A stretch of 64,000 nt of DNA from Bacteroidota bacterium. Its GTDB lineage: Bacteria; Bacteroidota; Bacteroidia; UBA8524. Location: contig JAKFCJ010000207.1 of the NCBI GenBank assembly GCA_036676705.1, forward strand, positions 15 through 64,014. Reading direction: 5' to 3'. Positions within the stretch are counted from its first letter, which is position 1. The number at the start of each line of letters is the position of its first letter. Below are positions 20,150-30,770 of this stretch, piece by piece. The position numbers and the translations under genes are program-made. Below the pieces are notes generated by a model that ran no database searches, had not been told where the DNA came from, and saw nothing but the letters and a program-made list of their open reading frames with translations.

Positions 20150-20683
20150 ATGACGAAGGCATTTGCGGAGGATGGGATTGAAATAGGAAAACTTACAGAC
20201 GGAGTTCATACCCTGAACTGGCGTTTGGATGCCTCTTTTTTCAAAGCTTTTGAGGGCAGCTTGATAGAGAATGGAAATTTTGAAGCTACCTTACGCCTGG
20301 AAAGGCTGGAAGGAGTTTTCAGGGCAAATCTCAGGTTGAAAGGATCCGTTCAGACACCCTGCGACAATTGCCTGGAAGAAATAGCCATTCCGCTAAAAAG
20401 TGAACTTGATTTTGTGATCAAACTGACGGGGGTACCTCAGGAAGACGATAGTGATAATGAAGTGTTCTATATCTTAGACAGCGATCCTCGCTTCTTTGTA
20501 TCGCAACATATTTATGACCTCGTTTACCTTGGATTACCTATCCGGAAAACCTGTGAAGATCCGGGTAATACCCCAAAGTGTAACCCGGAGGTTCTCAAAC
20601 GTTTGAACACAGACGAACAAATTAATGACGCTGAGGAAGGCAACGACCCGCGTTGGGACAAACTAAAAGACTTGTTTAATTAA
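20150..20683 (+). CDS. yceD: YceD/DUF177 family protein (large-subunit rRNA accumulation protein)
   Basis: Immediately upstream of rpmF. CxxC motifs are present (CDNC at about residue 80). Confidence 0.75.
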   Translation: MTKAFAEDGIEIGKLTDGVHTLNWRLDASFFKAFEGSLIENGNFEATLRLERLEGVFRANLRLKGSVQTPCDNCLEEIAIPLKSELDFVIKLTGVPQEDDSDNEVFYILDSDPRFFVSQHIYDLVYLGLPIRKTCEDPGNTPKCNPEVLKRLNTDEQINDAEEGNDPRWDKLKDLFN

Positions 20684-20689
20684 TAAAAA

Positions 20690-20875
20690 ATGGCACATCC
20701 TAAACGAAAAATCTCGAAAACGAGAAGAGACAAGAGACGGACGCACCACAAATTGGGTGAAAAAGCATTATTCGTTGATCCGAATACCGGCGATATTTCT
20801 CAATACCACAGGGTGAATCTTGAAACCGGCATGTACAAAGGGATCAAGGTAATGAAAGGCACCAACGAAGAATAA
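20690..20875 (+). CDS. rpmF: 50S ribosomal protein L32
   Basis: MAHPKRKISKTRRDKRRTHHKL. Confidence 0.9.
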   Translation: MAHPKRKISKTRRDKRRTHHKLGEKALFVDPNTGDISQYHRVNLETGMYKGIKVMKGTNEE

Positions 20876-20884
20876 ACCTACCGG

Positions 20885-21817
20885 ATGCGGTTAGGATTAG
20901 ATATCATGGGTGGGGATTTTGCCCCCCTGGAAGCACTGAGAGGTTCCGTAAATGCGCTAAAGCATATTAACGGGATCGATTTGGTGTTGTTTGGTGACAA
21001 ATCAATAGTTGAGCCTATTGCGAAAGCAGAGGGGATAGACCTGTCGGAATTTGAATTCGTTCATTGTCCGGAGGTTATTTCCATGGGTGAACACCCCACT
21101 AAAGCCCTGACTCAAAAAAAGGAGTCAAGCATTGCCGTGGGTTTTCAACAACTCAAGGAAAAGAAGATTGACGCCTTTATCAGCGCCGGCAATACCGGTG
21201 CGATGATGGTTGGTGCCATGTTTAGTGTAAAGGTGGTAGAGGGTGTATTTCGCCCGGCTATTTCATCCATATTACCCAAAAACACGGGAGGCATCGGGCT
21301 CCTGCTCGATGTAGGGGCGAATGCCGATTGCAAACCCGATGTGCTTTATCAATTTGCCATCCTGGGATCTTTGTATTGTAAACATGTTTACAAGATCGAT
21401 AATCCGCGTGTTGGCCTTTTGAATATTGGCGAAGAAAAAGAAAAAGGGAACCTGGTAACCCAGGCGGCCCATAATCTGATGGCTGAAACAACCGAATTTA
21501 ATTTCATCGGTAATGTGGAAGGCCGGGACCTGTTTATCGACAAGGTGGATGTCGTGGTATGCGATGGTTTTACGGGAAATATTGTTTTAAAAGCCTGTGA
21601 ATCCATGTATTACCTGCTTAAAAAGCGCGATATCAAAGATGAGTTTTTGGACATGTTCAACTACGAACCCCATGGCGGAAGTCCTATTTTAGGCATAAAC
21701 GCTCCGGTGATCATCGGTCATGGGATCTCTAAAGCAGTGAGTTTTGAAAACATGATCCGACTGGCCAAAGAAACGGTCGAATCAGGTTTAATTGATAAAA
21801 TTAAATCATCCTTCTAA
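20885..21817 (+). CDS. plsX: Phosphate acyltransferase PlsX
   Basis: MRLGLDIMGGDFAP N-terminus, 310 aa. Confidence 0.9.
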   Translation: MRLGLDIMGGDFAPLEALRGSVNALKHINGIDLVLFGDKSIVEPIAKAEGIDLSEFEFVHCPEVISMGEHPTKALTQKKESSIAVGFQQLKEKKIDAFISAGNTGAMMVGAMFSVKVVEGVFRPAISSILPKNTGGIGLLLDVGANADCKPDVLYQFAILGSLYCKHVYKIDNPRVGLLNIGEEKEKGNLVTQAAHNLMAETTEFNFIGNVEGRDLFIDKVDVVVCDGFTGNIVLKACESMYYLLKKRDIKDEFLDMFNYEPHGGSPILGINAPVIIGHGISKAVSFENMIRLAKETVESGLIDKIKSSF

Positions 21818-21836
21818 ATTGGCCGAAAACAATTCC

Positions 21837-22835
21837 ATGAATAAAATTCGCGCAGCCATTACCGCAGTGGGCGGGTATGTACCACCCGATGTACTTACCA
21901 ACGCAGATCTGGAAAAGATGGTTGATACCAGCGACGAGTGGATCATGTCGCGTACCGGTATTAAGGAGCGTCATATCCTCAAAGGAGAAGGCAAGGGCGT
22001 ATCTGAAATGATGTTCCATGCTGTTACCAACATGCTGGAAAAGAATAATATTGATCCGCTGGAAATCGATTTTATCCTCTGTTCCACGATCACCGGAGAC
22101 ATGATCTTCCCGGCCACGGCAAATATTCTCGGCGACCTTATCGGCGCAAAAAATGCCTGGGGCTTCGACCTGGGTGCCGCCTGTTCCGGTTTTTTGTATG
22201 GAATGGAAGTAGCCTCGAAAATGGTTGAATCCGGCAAATACAAAAAAGTTCTTCTGGTGGGTGCCGATAAAATGTCGTCTATTATCGACTATACCGACCG
22301 CAATACCTGCATCATTTTTGGTGATGGGGCAGGCTGTGTGCTGCTCGAACCGGATACCGAAGGGTATGGTGTCCAGGATTCCATCTTAAAAAGTGACGGG
22401 GCCGGCAGGCTCTACCTGCATCAAAAAGCAGGAGGATCGGCCAAACCACCAACCCATGAAACGGTTGAGGCCCGGGAACATTATGTGTACCAGGAAGGCA
22501 AAACGGTATTCAAATTTGCCGTGACCAACATGGCTGAAGTAACCCATGATGTACTTTCGAGAAACAACATGACAGGAAATGACGTGGACTGGCTTCTTGC
22601 TCACCAGGCTAACCTGCGTATCATTGATGCCACGGCTCAGCGTATCAACCTGGCTGAAGAAAAAGTATTGGTGAACATCAATCGCTATGGAAATACAACC
22701 AACGGAACGCTCCCTCTTTTGATGGCCGATTTTGAATCAAAATTTAAGAAGGGAGATAACCTCATCTTGTCTACCTTCGGAGGCGGTTTTACATGGGGAT
22801 CCATGTGGCTCCGCTGGGCATATGACCCAAAGTAA
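21837..22835 (+). CDS. fabH: 3-oxoacyl-ACP synthase III
   Basis: Active-site AACSGF plus the C-terminal ANLRI and GN motifs. The start is set to the Met just after the plsX stop. Confidence 0.9.
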   Translation: MNKIRAAITAVGGYVPPDVLTNADLEKMVDTSDEWIMSRTGIKERHILKGEGKGVSEMMFHAVTNMLEKNNIDPLEIDFILCSTITGDMIFPATANILGDLIGAKNAWGFDLGAACSGFLYGMEVASKMVESGKYKKVLLVGADKMSSIIDYTDRNTCIIFGDGAGCVLLEPDTEGYGVQDSILKSDGAGRLYLHQKAGGSAKPPTHETVEAREHYVYQEGKTVFKFAVTNMAEVTHDVLSRNNMTGNDVDWLLAHQANLRIIDATAQRINLAEEKVLVNINRYGNTTNGTLPLLMADFESKFKKGDNLILSTFGGGFTWGSMWLRWAYDPK

Positions 22836-22904
22836 ATCAGAATAGATTTTCCCAAAGAAATTTTACCTTTGATTTGAACCCTGTTTCCAAAACCTTGAAA
22901 AATT

Positions 22905-23375
22905 ATGGACTTAAAGGAAATACAAACATTGATCAAGTTCGTCTCCGAATCCGGTGTTGACGAAGTGGATATTGAAAAAAAGGATTTTAAAATATCCATC
23001 CGCAAGGCTGCACCTGTTGTTCAGGCTGCTCCTCAACAAATCGTTCATGCCAGCCTTCCTGCACCGGCTCCGGCAGCACATACGGTTGCCAAAGCACCTG
23101 AAGCACCGGCCCCTGCTCCTGTGGTTGCCGACAAACTGGTGACCATCAATTCGCCTATGATCGGTACATTCTACCGCTCTTCTTCACCGGATAAACCGGC
23201 GTTTGTGAACATCGGCGACGAGGTGAAAGCAGGTTCCGTTGTGTGCATCGTTGAAGCCATGAAACTGTTCAATGAGATCGAGTCTGAAATTTCAGGCAGG
23301 ATCGTGAAAATCCTGGTCGACAATGCCACCCCGGTTGAATACGACCAACCTCTGTTCCTGGTGGAACCCAACTAG
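22905..23375 (+). CDS. accB: Biotin carboxyl carrier protein of acetyl-CoA carboxylase
   Basis: [12 protein letters not shown] biotinyl-lysine motif and an Ala/Pro-rich linker. Confidence 0.9.
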   Translation: MDLKEIQTLIKFVSESGVDEVDIEKKDFKISIRKAAPVVQAAPQQIVHASLPAPAPAAHTVAKAPEAPAPAPVVADKLVTINSPMIGTFYRSSSPDKPAFVNIGDEVKAGSVVCIVEAMKLFNEIESEISGRIVKILVDNATPVEYDQPLFLVEPN

Positions 23376-23412
23376 TGGGCCTTCGGGCTTTTTCAGGACC
23401 TAATCGAGAACA

Positions 23413-24753
23413 ATGTTTAAGAAAATTTTAATTGCCAACCGTGGCGAGATAGCCCTGCGTATTATCCGTACCTGCAAAGAGATGGGTATCAAAACCGTGG
23501 CCGTTTACTCTACTGCGGATAAAGAAAGTTTGCACGTACGTTTTGCCGACGAAGCCGTTTGTATCGGCCCTCCTCCAAGCCCTTTGTCTTACCTGAGCAT
23601 GGCCAACATCATCGCTGCGGCAGAAATTACCAATGCGGATGCGATCCATCCGGGTTACGGCTTTTTATCGGAGAACGCCAAGTTCTCAAAAGTTTGCCGC
23701 GACCACGGTATCAAATTTATCGGAGCGTCACCGGAGATGATCAATTCCATGGGTGATAAATCCAATGCAAAGGATACCATGATCAAAGCGGGAGTTCCCT
23801 GTATTCCGGGCTCTGAGGGTCTTTTAAAGGATGCCAACGAAGGCAAACGGCTGGCTAAAGATATCGGTTATCCGGTTATCATCAAGGCTACAGCCGGTGG
23901 TGGTGGACGCGGGATGCGGATCATCTGGAAAGATGAAGAATTTGAAGGAGCCTGGGATTCTGCCCGTCAGGAAGCAGCAGCTGCCTTTGGGAACGATGGT
24001 ATTTATATGGAGAAATACATCGAAGACCCTCGTCATATTGAGATACAAATTGCCGGGGATCAATACGGTAAAGTCGTTCACCTGAGTGAACGTGATTGCT
24101 CCATACAACGCCGTCATCAAAAACTATTGGAAGAAGCTCCTTCACCTTTTGTTACCGACGAACTTCGTGAAAAAATGGGGAATGCCGCGGTTTCAGCGGG
24201 AGAATCTATCGGATACGAAGGCGTGGGTACCGTGGAGTTTCTGGTTGATAAACACCGGAACTTCTATTTTATGGAAATGAATACCCGTATCCAGGTAGAA
24301 CACCCGGTTACCGAAGAGATCATTTTCCATGACCTGGTCAAAGAACAAATATTGATTGCGGCAGGTGTACCCATTTCCGGAAAAAATTATTTCCCTCAGC
24401 GTCATGCGATGGAATGCCGGATCAATGCCGAAGATCCATACAAAAATTTTGCTCCAAGCCCGGGAAAAATTACCGTTCTCCACAAACCAGGCGGATTGGG
24501 CGTAAGGGTTGATTCCCATATTTATGCCGGGTATACCATCCCGCCGAATTACGACTCCATGATCGCCAAGCTCATCGTAGCCGCAGCAACCCGGGAAGAG
24601 TGTATTGTAAAAATGGAAAGGGCCCTGAGCGAATTTGTGATCGAAGGGGTAAAAACCACCATTCCCCTGCACCTCAAACTCATGGCTAATGCCGATTTCC
24701 GTGCCGGGAATTTTACCACGGCGTTTATGAATGATTTTGATATCAATGCGTAG
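23413..24753 (+). CDS. accC: Biotin carboxylase
   Basis: 446 aa with ATP-grasp motifs and a [27 protein letters not shown]-terminus. Confidence 0.95.
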   Translation: MFKKILIANRGEIALRIIRTCKEMGIKTVAVYSTADKESLHVRFADEAVCIGPPPSPLSYLSMANIIAAAEITNADAIHPGYGFLSENAKFSKVCRDHGIKFIGASPEMINSMGDKSNAKDTMIKAGVPCIPGSEGLLKDANEGKRLAKDIGYPVIIKATAGGGGRGMRIIWKDEEFEGAWDSARQEAAAAFGNDGIYMEKYIEDPRHIEIQIAGDQYGKVVHLSERDCSIQRRHQKLLEEAPSPFVTDELREKMGNAAVSAGESIGYEGVGTVEFLVDKHRNFYFMEMNTRIQVEHPVTEEIIFHDLVKEQILIAAGVPISGKNYFPQRHAMECRINAEDPYKNFAPSPGKITVLHKPGGLGVRVDSHIYAGYTIPPNYDSMIAKLIVAAATREECIVKMERALSEFVIEGVKTTIPLHLKLMANADFRAGNFTTAFMNDFDINA

Positions 24754-24974
24754 CTGATGGTGAGAGGGTGAGACGGAGGATGGTGAGACTTTTGGGTTAG
24801 TCATTCTTTTAGTAACCGTCACTTCGAGCTTGTCGAGAAGGGACTGGGACGAAAGCTTTGGGTCTGCCTGGCTCTCGACTCGCCATGGGGCCTCTGCACG
24901 TCCGGTAAATACGTTTGGCGGCTCGAGCTGACTGATCATGTAGCTCTCAGAATCCAGAAACCCTTTATAAAAAA

Positions 24975-25010
24975 ATCCCCATTCTACCAGAGAACGGGGA
25001 TCCTTAAAAT
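24975..25010 (-). terminator. Weak hairpin plus T-run downstream of the 25023..25883 OMP gene
   Basis: ATCCCC/GGGGAT 6-bp stem with a 17-nt loop, followed by TTTTTTTA on the minus strand. Confidence 0.3.
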
Positions 25011-25022
25011 CATTCGAATGGC

Positions 25023-25883
25023 TTAGAACCTGCGTTTTTTCACACGCGGGTGGTTCCAGTAGCGGCGTTTGGTAAAGGTGGTGCTTATTCCAAGTGTGAT
25101 AGCCAGATTGCCGGAATTTTTAAGCGTAGGGTAGCTGATCAGGTCTTTGCCGTCTTTCTGGTAGTCGTTCCTCAAGGCCGACTTATTGATATTCATAAAA
25201 TTTAATGAATACCGGGCATCGAGATAAATAAAGGTCTTTTTACTCAATTTATATTTGAAGTTACCTCCTAATGCAAGACTGAAATCCAGTTTTTTCAGTC
25301 CACCCTGTGTGGCGTCTTTGTAAACCGTTTTTGTTTCAGATTCTGGTTCTGATTGTCCAGCAGGAGTGTAAGTCACCGTTTGGGAATAATTGGAGCGGGG
25401 TATGGCCAGAAAGTTAATTACAGGTCCCAGATAAAACTCAAAGAATAGCGGTTTGCCGGATCCTTCATTTGGATAGATGGGTTTTGGATTGGTTAGCTGC
25501 CAGCGAACTTTCATTAACAAAGGCAACTGTACATAGTGAAGGTCAAGGTTATTCACCGTTTTATAGGTAGTTGAACCGGCACCGAAAATATCGGCATAGC
25601 CTGAATCTAAATAGATTATACCGCCTTTATTTGTCCAGGCTAATTCCGGTTGGAAAAAGATATATCTGGAAAGGGGCAATTCGCAGGTTAGTCCGAAGGT
25701 TAAACGACGAATACTTTTTAAGGTTGGTTTCGGATCCATGGGGTCCGTATTGGTTTTCCATTCATCAAGCGTGAGTCCGGCGGTATTCATACCCCCGTAA
25801 ACACCGAAAAATGCCTGGGCATTTGCCTGGTAAGTGAAGAAGAGTCCCATCCCGAGGATGGCAAGTTTAAAGAGTGATTTCAT
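25023..25883 (-). CDS. Outer-membrane beta-barrel protein, hypothetical
   Basis: Signal peptide MKSLFKLAILGMGLFFTYQANAQ. The body is beta-rich and the C-terminal residue is aromatic. Confidence 0.5.
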   Translation of the reverse strand: MKSLFKLAILGMGLFFTYQANAQAFFGVYGGMNTAGLTLDEWKTNTDPMDPKPTLKSIRRLTFGLTCELPLSRYIFFQPELAWTNKGGIIYLDSGYADIFGAGSTTYKTVNNLDLHYVQLPLLMKVRWQLTNPKPIYPNEGSGKPLFFEFYLGPVINFLAIPRSNYSQTVTYTPAGQSEPESETKTVYKDATQGGLKKLDFSLALGGNFKYKLSKKTFIYLDARYSLNFMNINKSALRNDYQKDGKDLISYPTLKNSGNLAITLGISTTFTKRRYWNHPRVKKRRF

Positions 25884-25996
25884 CTGGCTCTTGTGAGTTT
25901 AGTAAAAACAAATCTAAAGGAATTTAGCGAAAACAATGAAACACACCGCATAATTCTCTACGAGTGAAAGGCTTTTGTGCAAAAAAGATAATTTAA

Positions 25997-26332
25997 TCAC
26001 TTCAATTTCGGATTATCCCTGTGCCGCGTCGAATCCCGGTTCGTCTTTTTTTCCATATTTTTTACAAAAGCCTGTTCCAGGTCCACTCCGGTCTGGTTCG
26101 CCAGACAGATGAGGATCCACAGCACATCGGCCATTTCATCGCTCAGGTCTACCTCCTCTTCCTTATCTTTAAAACTCTGGTCGCCATACTTTCTGGCCAT
26201 GAGACGGGCAAGTTCACCAACTTCCTCCATTAAGATGGCGGTATTGGTTAATTCGGAGAAATAACGGACGCCGAGGGTGTTGATCCAGGTATCGACTTGC
26301 TCCTGTGCATTTTTCAGGCTGATGCTTTCCAT
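25997..26332 (-). CDS. MazG-like nucleotide pyrophosphohydrolase (YpjD type)
   Basis: EEVGELARLMARKYG...DEMADVLWILICLANQTGVDLE. The start is set to the internal Met to avoid overlap with pyrF. Confidence 0.6.
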   Translation of the reverse strand: MESISLKNAQEQVDTWINTLGVRYFSELTNTAILMEEVGELARLMARKYGDQSFKDKEEEVDLSDEMADVLWILICLANQTGVDLEQAFVKNMEKKTNRDSTRHRDNPKLK

Positions 26333-26368
26333 GTCATTGTCTATTTTTGCCTTACAAATCACGGAATT

Positions 26369-27169
26369 TTGAACAGAACAAGCCTCATACAGCAAATTCA
26401 TAGCAAAAAAAGTTTTCTCTGCGTTGGTCTCGACAGCGATGTACGGAAAATGCCGGTGGGGATCAGCCAGGATACGGCCGGACTTGTTGAGTTTAACAAA
26501 CAGATCATTGAAGCCACGGCCGAATTTGCGGTGTGTTATAAGATCAATACCGCCTTTTATGAGTGTTTTGGCGCAGCGGGCTGGGAGGCAATGAAAGAAA
26601 CACTGGAGGCCATTCCGGAAAACATCCTCACCATTGCCGATGCAAAACGCGGGGATATTGGAAACACTTCGGCCATGTATGCGCAGGCATTTTTTGAAGC
26701 CCTGCCCTTCGACGCGATCACAATCAACCCCTATATGGGCAAAGATTCGGTGAGCCCCTTCCTGGAGTTTAAAGACAAATGGAGCATTTTACTGGCTCTG
26801 ACCTCCAACCCCGGATCCCAGGATTTCCAGACCCTGCCAACCGGTTCCGGACAGGTATTCGAAGAGGTGCTCCGGAAAAGTTCGACCTGGGGGGATGAAT
26901 CGAATATGATGTATGTGGTAGGGGCTACCCGGGCGGAAGAATTGTCACGTGTGCGTCAAATAATTCCTAAGCACTTCCTTTTGGTTCCCGGTGTGGGAGC
27001 CCAGGGAGGAAGCCTGGTTGATGTGGTCAGACATGGCGCCAATAAAGACATTGGGCTGCTTGTCAATGCCTCAAGGAGCATCATTTATGCCTCACCCGAA
27101 TCCGATTTTGCCGAAGCCGCCCGTTCCGAAGCCAAAAAAATGCAACAGCAGATGAGTATCTTCTGTTGA
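26369..27169 (+). CDS. pyrF: Orotidine 5'-phosphate decarboxylase, long type 2, with a probable TTG start
   Basis: The N-terminus (L/M)NRTSLIQQIHSKKSFLCVGLDSD matches type-2 PyrF. DAKRGDIGNT is also present. Confidence 0.8.
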   Translation: MNRTSLIQQIHSKKSFLCVGLDSDVRKMPVGISQDTAGLVEFNKQIIEATAEFAVCYKINTAFYECFGAAGWEAMKETLEAIPENILTIADAKRGDIGNTSAMYAQAFFEALPFDAITINPYMGKDSVSPFLEFKDKWSILLALTSNPGSQDFQTLPTGSGQVFEEVLRKSSTWGDESNMMYVVGATRAEELSRVRQIIPKHFLLVPGVGAQGGSLVDVVRHGANKDIGLLVNASRSIIYASPESDFAEAARSEAKKMQQQMSIFC

Positions 27170-28476
27170 TGAACGAAGAATTACTCAGCTACTACTGGAA
27201 ATTGCAGCGTTTTCGGAAGGAAAATCTCTGCACCAACGATGGAGAACCCGTACAGGTCATCTATCCCGGACTCCTTAACAAAGACGCCGGCCCCGATTTT
27301 TTACATGCCCGCGTTCGTATTGGTGATACCCTATGGGTGGGGAATGTTGAACTGCATAGCAAAAGTTCGGAATGGATCAAACACGGTCATCAGCACGATC
27401 CGGCCTATGCCAACGTAATCCTGCATGTTGTGTATGAATCGGACGAACTTCTGGATGTTCCGTTTCCTGAACTCGCCTTGCAGCATTTTATCGATCCTTT
27501 GAGTGCGGAGTTGATGGAAACCTGGCGGGCGAGTATGGATCCGATCCCTTGTCATGCCCTGCTTAAAGAAAATCCGGAAACACTCACCACCCTTTGGATG
27601 GATCGCCTTATGGTGGAGCGGCTGGAAGACAAATCCCAAAAAATCGAAAGCCTGTTGAGGGAAGTCAATACCAATTGGGAAGCGGCCTTTTTCCTATGGC
27701 TGGCCCATTATTTCGGATTGCGCGTGAACGTACTTCCCTTTGAAATGCTGGCCCGGAGCATACCCTGGAAGCTGGTGAAAAAATACCGGAACAAAAGGGA
27801 TGAACTGGAGGCGCTCTTCCAGGGTCAGGCCGGTTTGTTGCAAACAACGGTACGCGACGGGTTTCATCGATCCCTGATCGAAAGGCACAGGCTCCAGCGA
27901 AGTCTCCACCTAATTGAACCCTTGGATCCGTCGCAATGGAAGTTCCTGCGTATGCGGCCCGCTAATTTTCCATCCATTCGTATTTCCCAATTCGCTGACC
28001 TGTTCTTTCGTCATGAAAGCCCTCTGGATCGTTTTTTACAGGGCAACTACCTGGAAGAACTGGAAGGGTTACTCGCCACGGAAGCACATGAGTATTGGGG
28101 AACACACAGCCGCTTTGGACAAACGAACAAAGGACTCTCCCTGACATTGGGAAAGGACACCCGACAGTTATTGTTGGGTAACGCCGTCTTGCCCTTTCTT
28201 TTTTGTTATGCCGAAAACTGGTCGCTGGCCGATAAACGGGAATGGGTTTTGGATGCCTTCAATCGTTTAAAACCCGAGAATAACGGCCTCATTCGCCGCT
28301 GGAATTCCCTGGGTATTGAGGCCAACTCCTTAGCTGATTCACAATCATTGATCACCCTTTCCCGTGGTTATTGCGAAAAAAAACGCTGTTTATCCTGCGA
28401 AGTGGGGAATCAGTTGACCCGAAACCCCCACCCGAATAATACCAGCCCGGAAATAATTTTGCCTCTTGACAAGTAA
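27166..28476 (+). CDS. DUF2851 family protein
   Basis: 436 aa. The N-terminal pattern ...NDGEPVQVIYPGLLNKDAGPDF...GNVELHSKSSEWIKHGH is recalled as DUF2851. It is 4-bp overlapped with pyrF. Confidence 0.5.
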   Translation: MMNEELLSYYWKLQRFRKENLCTNDGEPVQVIYPGLLNKDAGPDFLHARVRIGDTLWVGNVELHSKSSEWIKHGHQHDPAYANVILHVVYESDELLDVPFPELALQHFIDPLSAELMETWRASMDPIPCHALLKENPETLTTLWMDRLMVERLEDKSQKIESLLREVNTNWEAAFFLWLAHYFGLRVNVLPFEMLARSIPWKLVKKYRNKRDELEALFQGQAGLLQTTVRDGFHRSLIERHRLQRSLHLIEPLDPSQWKFLRMRPANFPSIRISQFADLFFRHESPLDRFLQGNYLEELEGLLATEAHEYWGTHSRFGQTNKGLSLTLGKDTRQLLLGNAVLPFLFCYAENWSLADKREWVLDAFNRLKPENNGLIRRWNSLGIEANSLADSQSLITLSRGYCEKKRCLSCEVGNQLTRNPHPNNTSPEIILPLDK

Positions 28477-28500
28477 ACAGCGCTATACTAACTTCGTGGG

Positions 28501-28719
28501 ATGAACTCGATAAAATATGTGATGGAAAAGCGCTTATACGGTGTTTGTGCCTACATCGGAGATAAGATCGGAGTTTCTTCCGAGCGTATCCGCCTCTATT
28601 TTATTTATGCCTCCTGCCTCACGCTGGGCTCGCCCTTCCTGTTTTACCTGGTTGTGGCTTTTTGGATGAATATCCGCTCGTATATCAAGGAGAAGAGAAG
28701 TTCTGTCTGGGACCTGTAA
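28501..28719 (+). CDS. PspC-domain small membrane protein
   Basis: MEKRLYGVCAYIGDKIGVSSERIRLYFI followed by a TM helix. Confidence 0.65.
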   Translation: MNSIKYVMEKRLYGVCAYIGDKIGVSSERIRLYFIYASCLTLGSPFLFYLVVAFWMNIRSYIKEKRSSVWDL

Positions 28720-28727
28720 GGAAGTCG

Positions 28728-28800
28728 ACGGTCAACAGACTACAGTCAACAGAATTATTCCAGGTTACTAAAAGCGCAAAAAACTGTTGACCGTTGTCTG
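28728..28800. terminator. Inverted-repeat structure between convergent genes, a candidate bidirectional terminator
   Basis: cgacggtcaacag ... ctgttgaccgttg inverted pair, with four gtcaacag/ctgttgac copies. Confidence 0.35.
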
Positions 28801-28811
28801 TCGACCGTTGA

Positions 28812-30737
28812 CTACAAATCCTCCGTCACCCCTTCATACAACTCCTCTATTTCCATCGCGTATTTGGACTCAATGATCCTTCGTTTGGATTTGAGGGTTG
28901 GTGTGAGTTCCCCTTCTTCTACACTAAAGGGTTTTCTTTTGAGAACAAAGTTTTTAATGCGTTCAAATTTCGCCAGTTCGTTGGATAGTTTGCGAATGTC
29001 TTCGTTCATCCACAGGATCATTTCTTCATTGCGGATAAATGGGTCCGTTTCTTCAAAGAAGGCATCGTTTACCCCGAACTTTTCTTTGAGCTCCTCTTTG
29101 GCAGGCACAATGATGGCCGTAATAAATTCGCGCCGGTCGCCGATCAAAAAGAGCTGTTCGATCTTCGAACTTTTCATATAGATGTTCTCAACCGGTGTCG
29201 GATAGATATTTTTTCCATATGCATTCACCAACATGTTTTTGATGCGGTCAGTGATTTTCAGGTAACCGTGGTGGAATTTGCCCACGTCGCCGGTATGGAA
29301 CCAGCCGTCCTTATCGATCACGGCTGCGGTGTCTTCGGGTTTGTTCCAGTAGCCCATCATCACGGAAGGTCCTTTTACAACAATTTCGCCTTCTTCGCAG
29401 GTGAATTTCGGATCGAAGGTCTCCCGGGTTTGGATGGTATAAAATTCTCCATTGTCTTTGTTGATAATGCCAACCTGCAACTCAGGTACGATGGCTCCTA
29501 CCGTTCCGTAAACCTGTTTTTCTTCTAAATTGATAGAAATGAGGGGAGAAGTTTCAGTGAGTCCGTACCCTTCCAGTGCAGTAATACCCAGATTGCCAAA
29601 AAATTCACCGACATGCTGGGGAAGCGCTGCCCCACCGGAAACAAGAAGACGCATTTTTCCGCCCAAACGGGCTTTCACTTTTTTAAAGACCAGGATGGAG
29701 GCGAGTTTGTGTTGCGCCGCGAGAAGCGGACTGACCCATTTCCCATGTTCCTTCTTTACCCTTACTGTTTCCCCAATACCAACCGCCCAGTAGAATATTT
29801 TTTTGCTCAGGCCGCCTTTGGTCTCGGCGCTTTTGATCACCCGTTCTTTGACCCTTTCCAAAAGGCGGGGCACCGTGGTCATAACCGTAGGCTGAACTTC
29901 CGTCATGTTGGCGGAAAGGGATTCTATACTCTGGGCAAAGGCGATCTCGGCACCTACATAAATACCAAGATAGTAGGTTGCGAGGCGTTCATACACGTGG
30001 CAAAGCGGTAAAAAGGAGAGGTAACGGTCGTCTTTGCTGATGGAAGGCACGGTGGTTTTGGCCATCCATACATTGCTCATAAAATTTTCATGGCTCAGCA
30101 TTACACCTTTGGGAACACCTGTAGTACCCGAGGTATAAATAAGGGAAGCCAGGTCCTTGGGGCCTATCGACTGAAATAAGGCTTCGATTTCCTCCCTGTT
30201 TTTCGCATAAAGGTCTTTCCCCATGGCAAACAGGTCGACCAGAGAAACCAGGCGCGGGTCGTCCGATTTGGCATTGGCCTTCGGGAAGTTCAGGAATATG
30301 GCCTTTACATCGGGACAATTTTGGACAGCCTTCAGTACTTTTTTTAAGAGGAAAGGATTACCGACCAAAACACCTTTGGAACCTGAATCTTTGATGATGT
30401 ATTCAATTTCAGATTCGGGAAGGGTAGGATAAATGGAGGCGTTTACACAACCTATTTGGAGTAGTGCCTGATCGAAAATGAGAAATTCCGGACAGTTTTC
30501 AAGAATGATCGCCAGGCGGTCGCCTTTGGTAAAGCCATGTTCGACCAAATAGGCACTTACACTGTTTATCCGGTCAAGGATCTCCCCATAAGAAAAAGAG
30601 ACATAAGTCCCTTCGATTTTCTGCATCAAAAAGGTGTCCTGTGCTTTTTTCGTGTACTGAATCGTGTCACGAAGCATTTGGTGCAGGGAATTGGGTAGAT
30701 TCATGGCAGTCTGGTTAGAGGTTTGTGCAAAATACAA
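28812..30737 (-). CDS. Long-chain fatty acid--CoA ligase (AMP-binding family)
   Basis: TSGTTGVPKGVMLSHENF AMP-binding motif, 641 aa. Confidence 0.85.
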   Translation of the reverse strand: MYFAQTSNQTAMNLPNSLHQMLRDTIQYTKKAQDTFLMQKIEGTYVSFSYGEILDRINSVSAYLVEHGFTKGDRLAIILENCPEFLIFDQALLQIGCVNASIYPTLPESEIEYIIKDSGSKGVLVGNPFLLKKVLKAVQNCPDVKAIFLNFPKANAKSDDPRLVSLVDLFAMGKDLYAKNREEIEALFQSIGPKDLASLIYTSGTTGVPKGVMLSHENFMSNVWMAKTTVPSISKDDRYLSFLPLCHVYERLATYYLGIYVGAEIAFAQSIESLSANMTEVQPTVMTTVPRLLERVKERVIKSAETKGGLSKKIFYWAVGIGETVRVKKEHGKWVSPLLAAQHKLASILVFKKVKARLGGKMRLLVSGGAALPQHVGEFFGNLGITALEGYGLTETSPLISINLEEKQVYGTVGAIVPELQVGIINKDNGEFYTIQTRETFDPKFTCEEGEIVVKGPSVMMGYWNKPEDTAAVIDKDGWFHTGDVGKFHHGYLKITDRIKNMLVNAYGKNIYPTPVENIYMKSSKIEQLFLIGDRREFITAIIVPAKEELKEKFGVNDAFFEETDPFIRNEEMILWMNEDIRKLSNELAKFERIKNFVLKRKPFSVEEGELTPTLKSKRRIIESKYAMEIEELYEGVTEDL

Positions 30738-30770
30738 TGAATTGCCAATACATGGAACTGCTTTTCTGAT

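Noticed and set aside
24193-24939. 248-aa minus-strand ORF
   Set aside because: It is antisense to the strongly supported accC.
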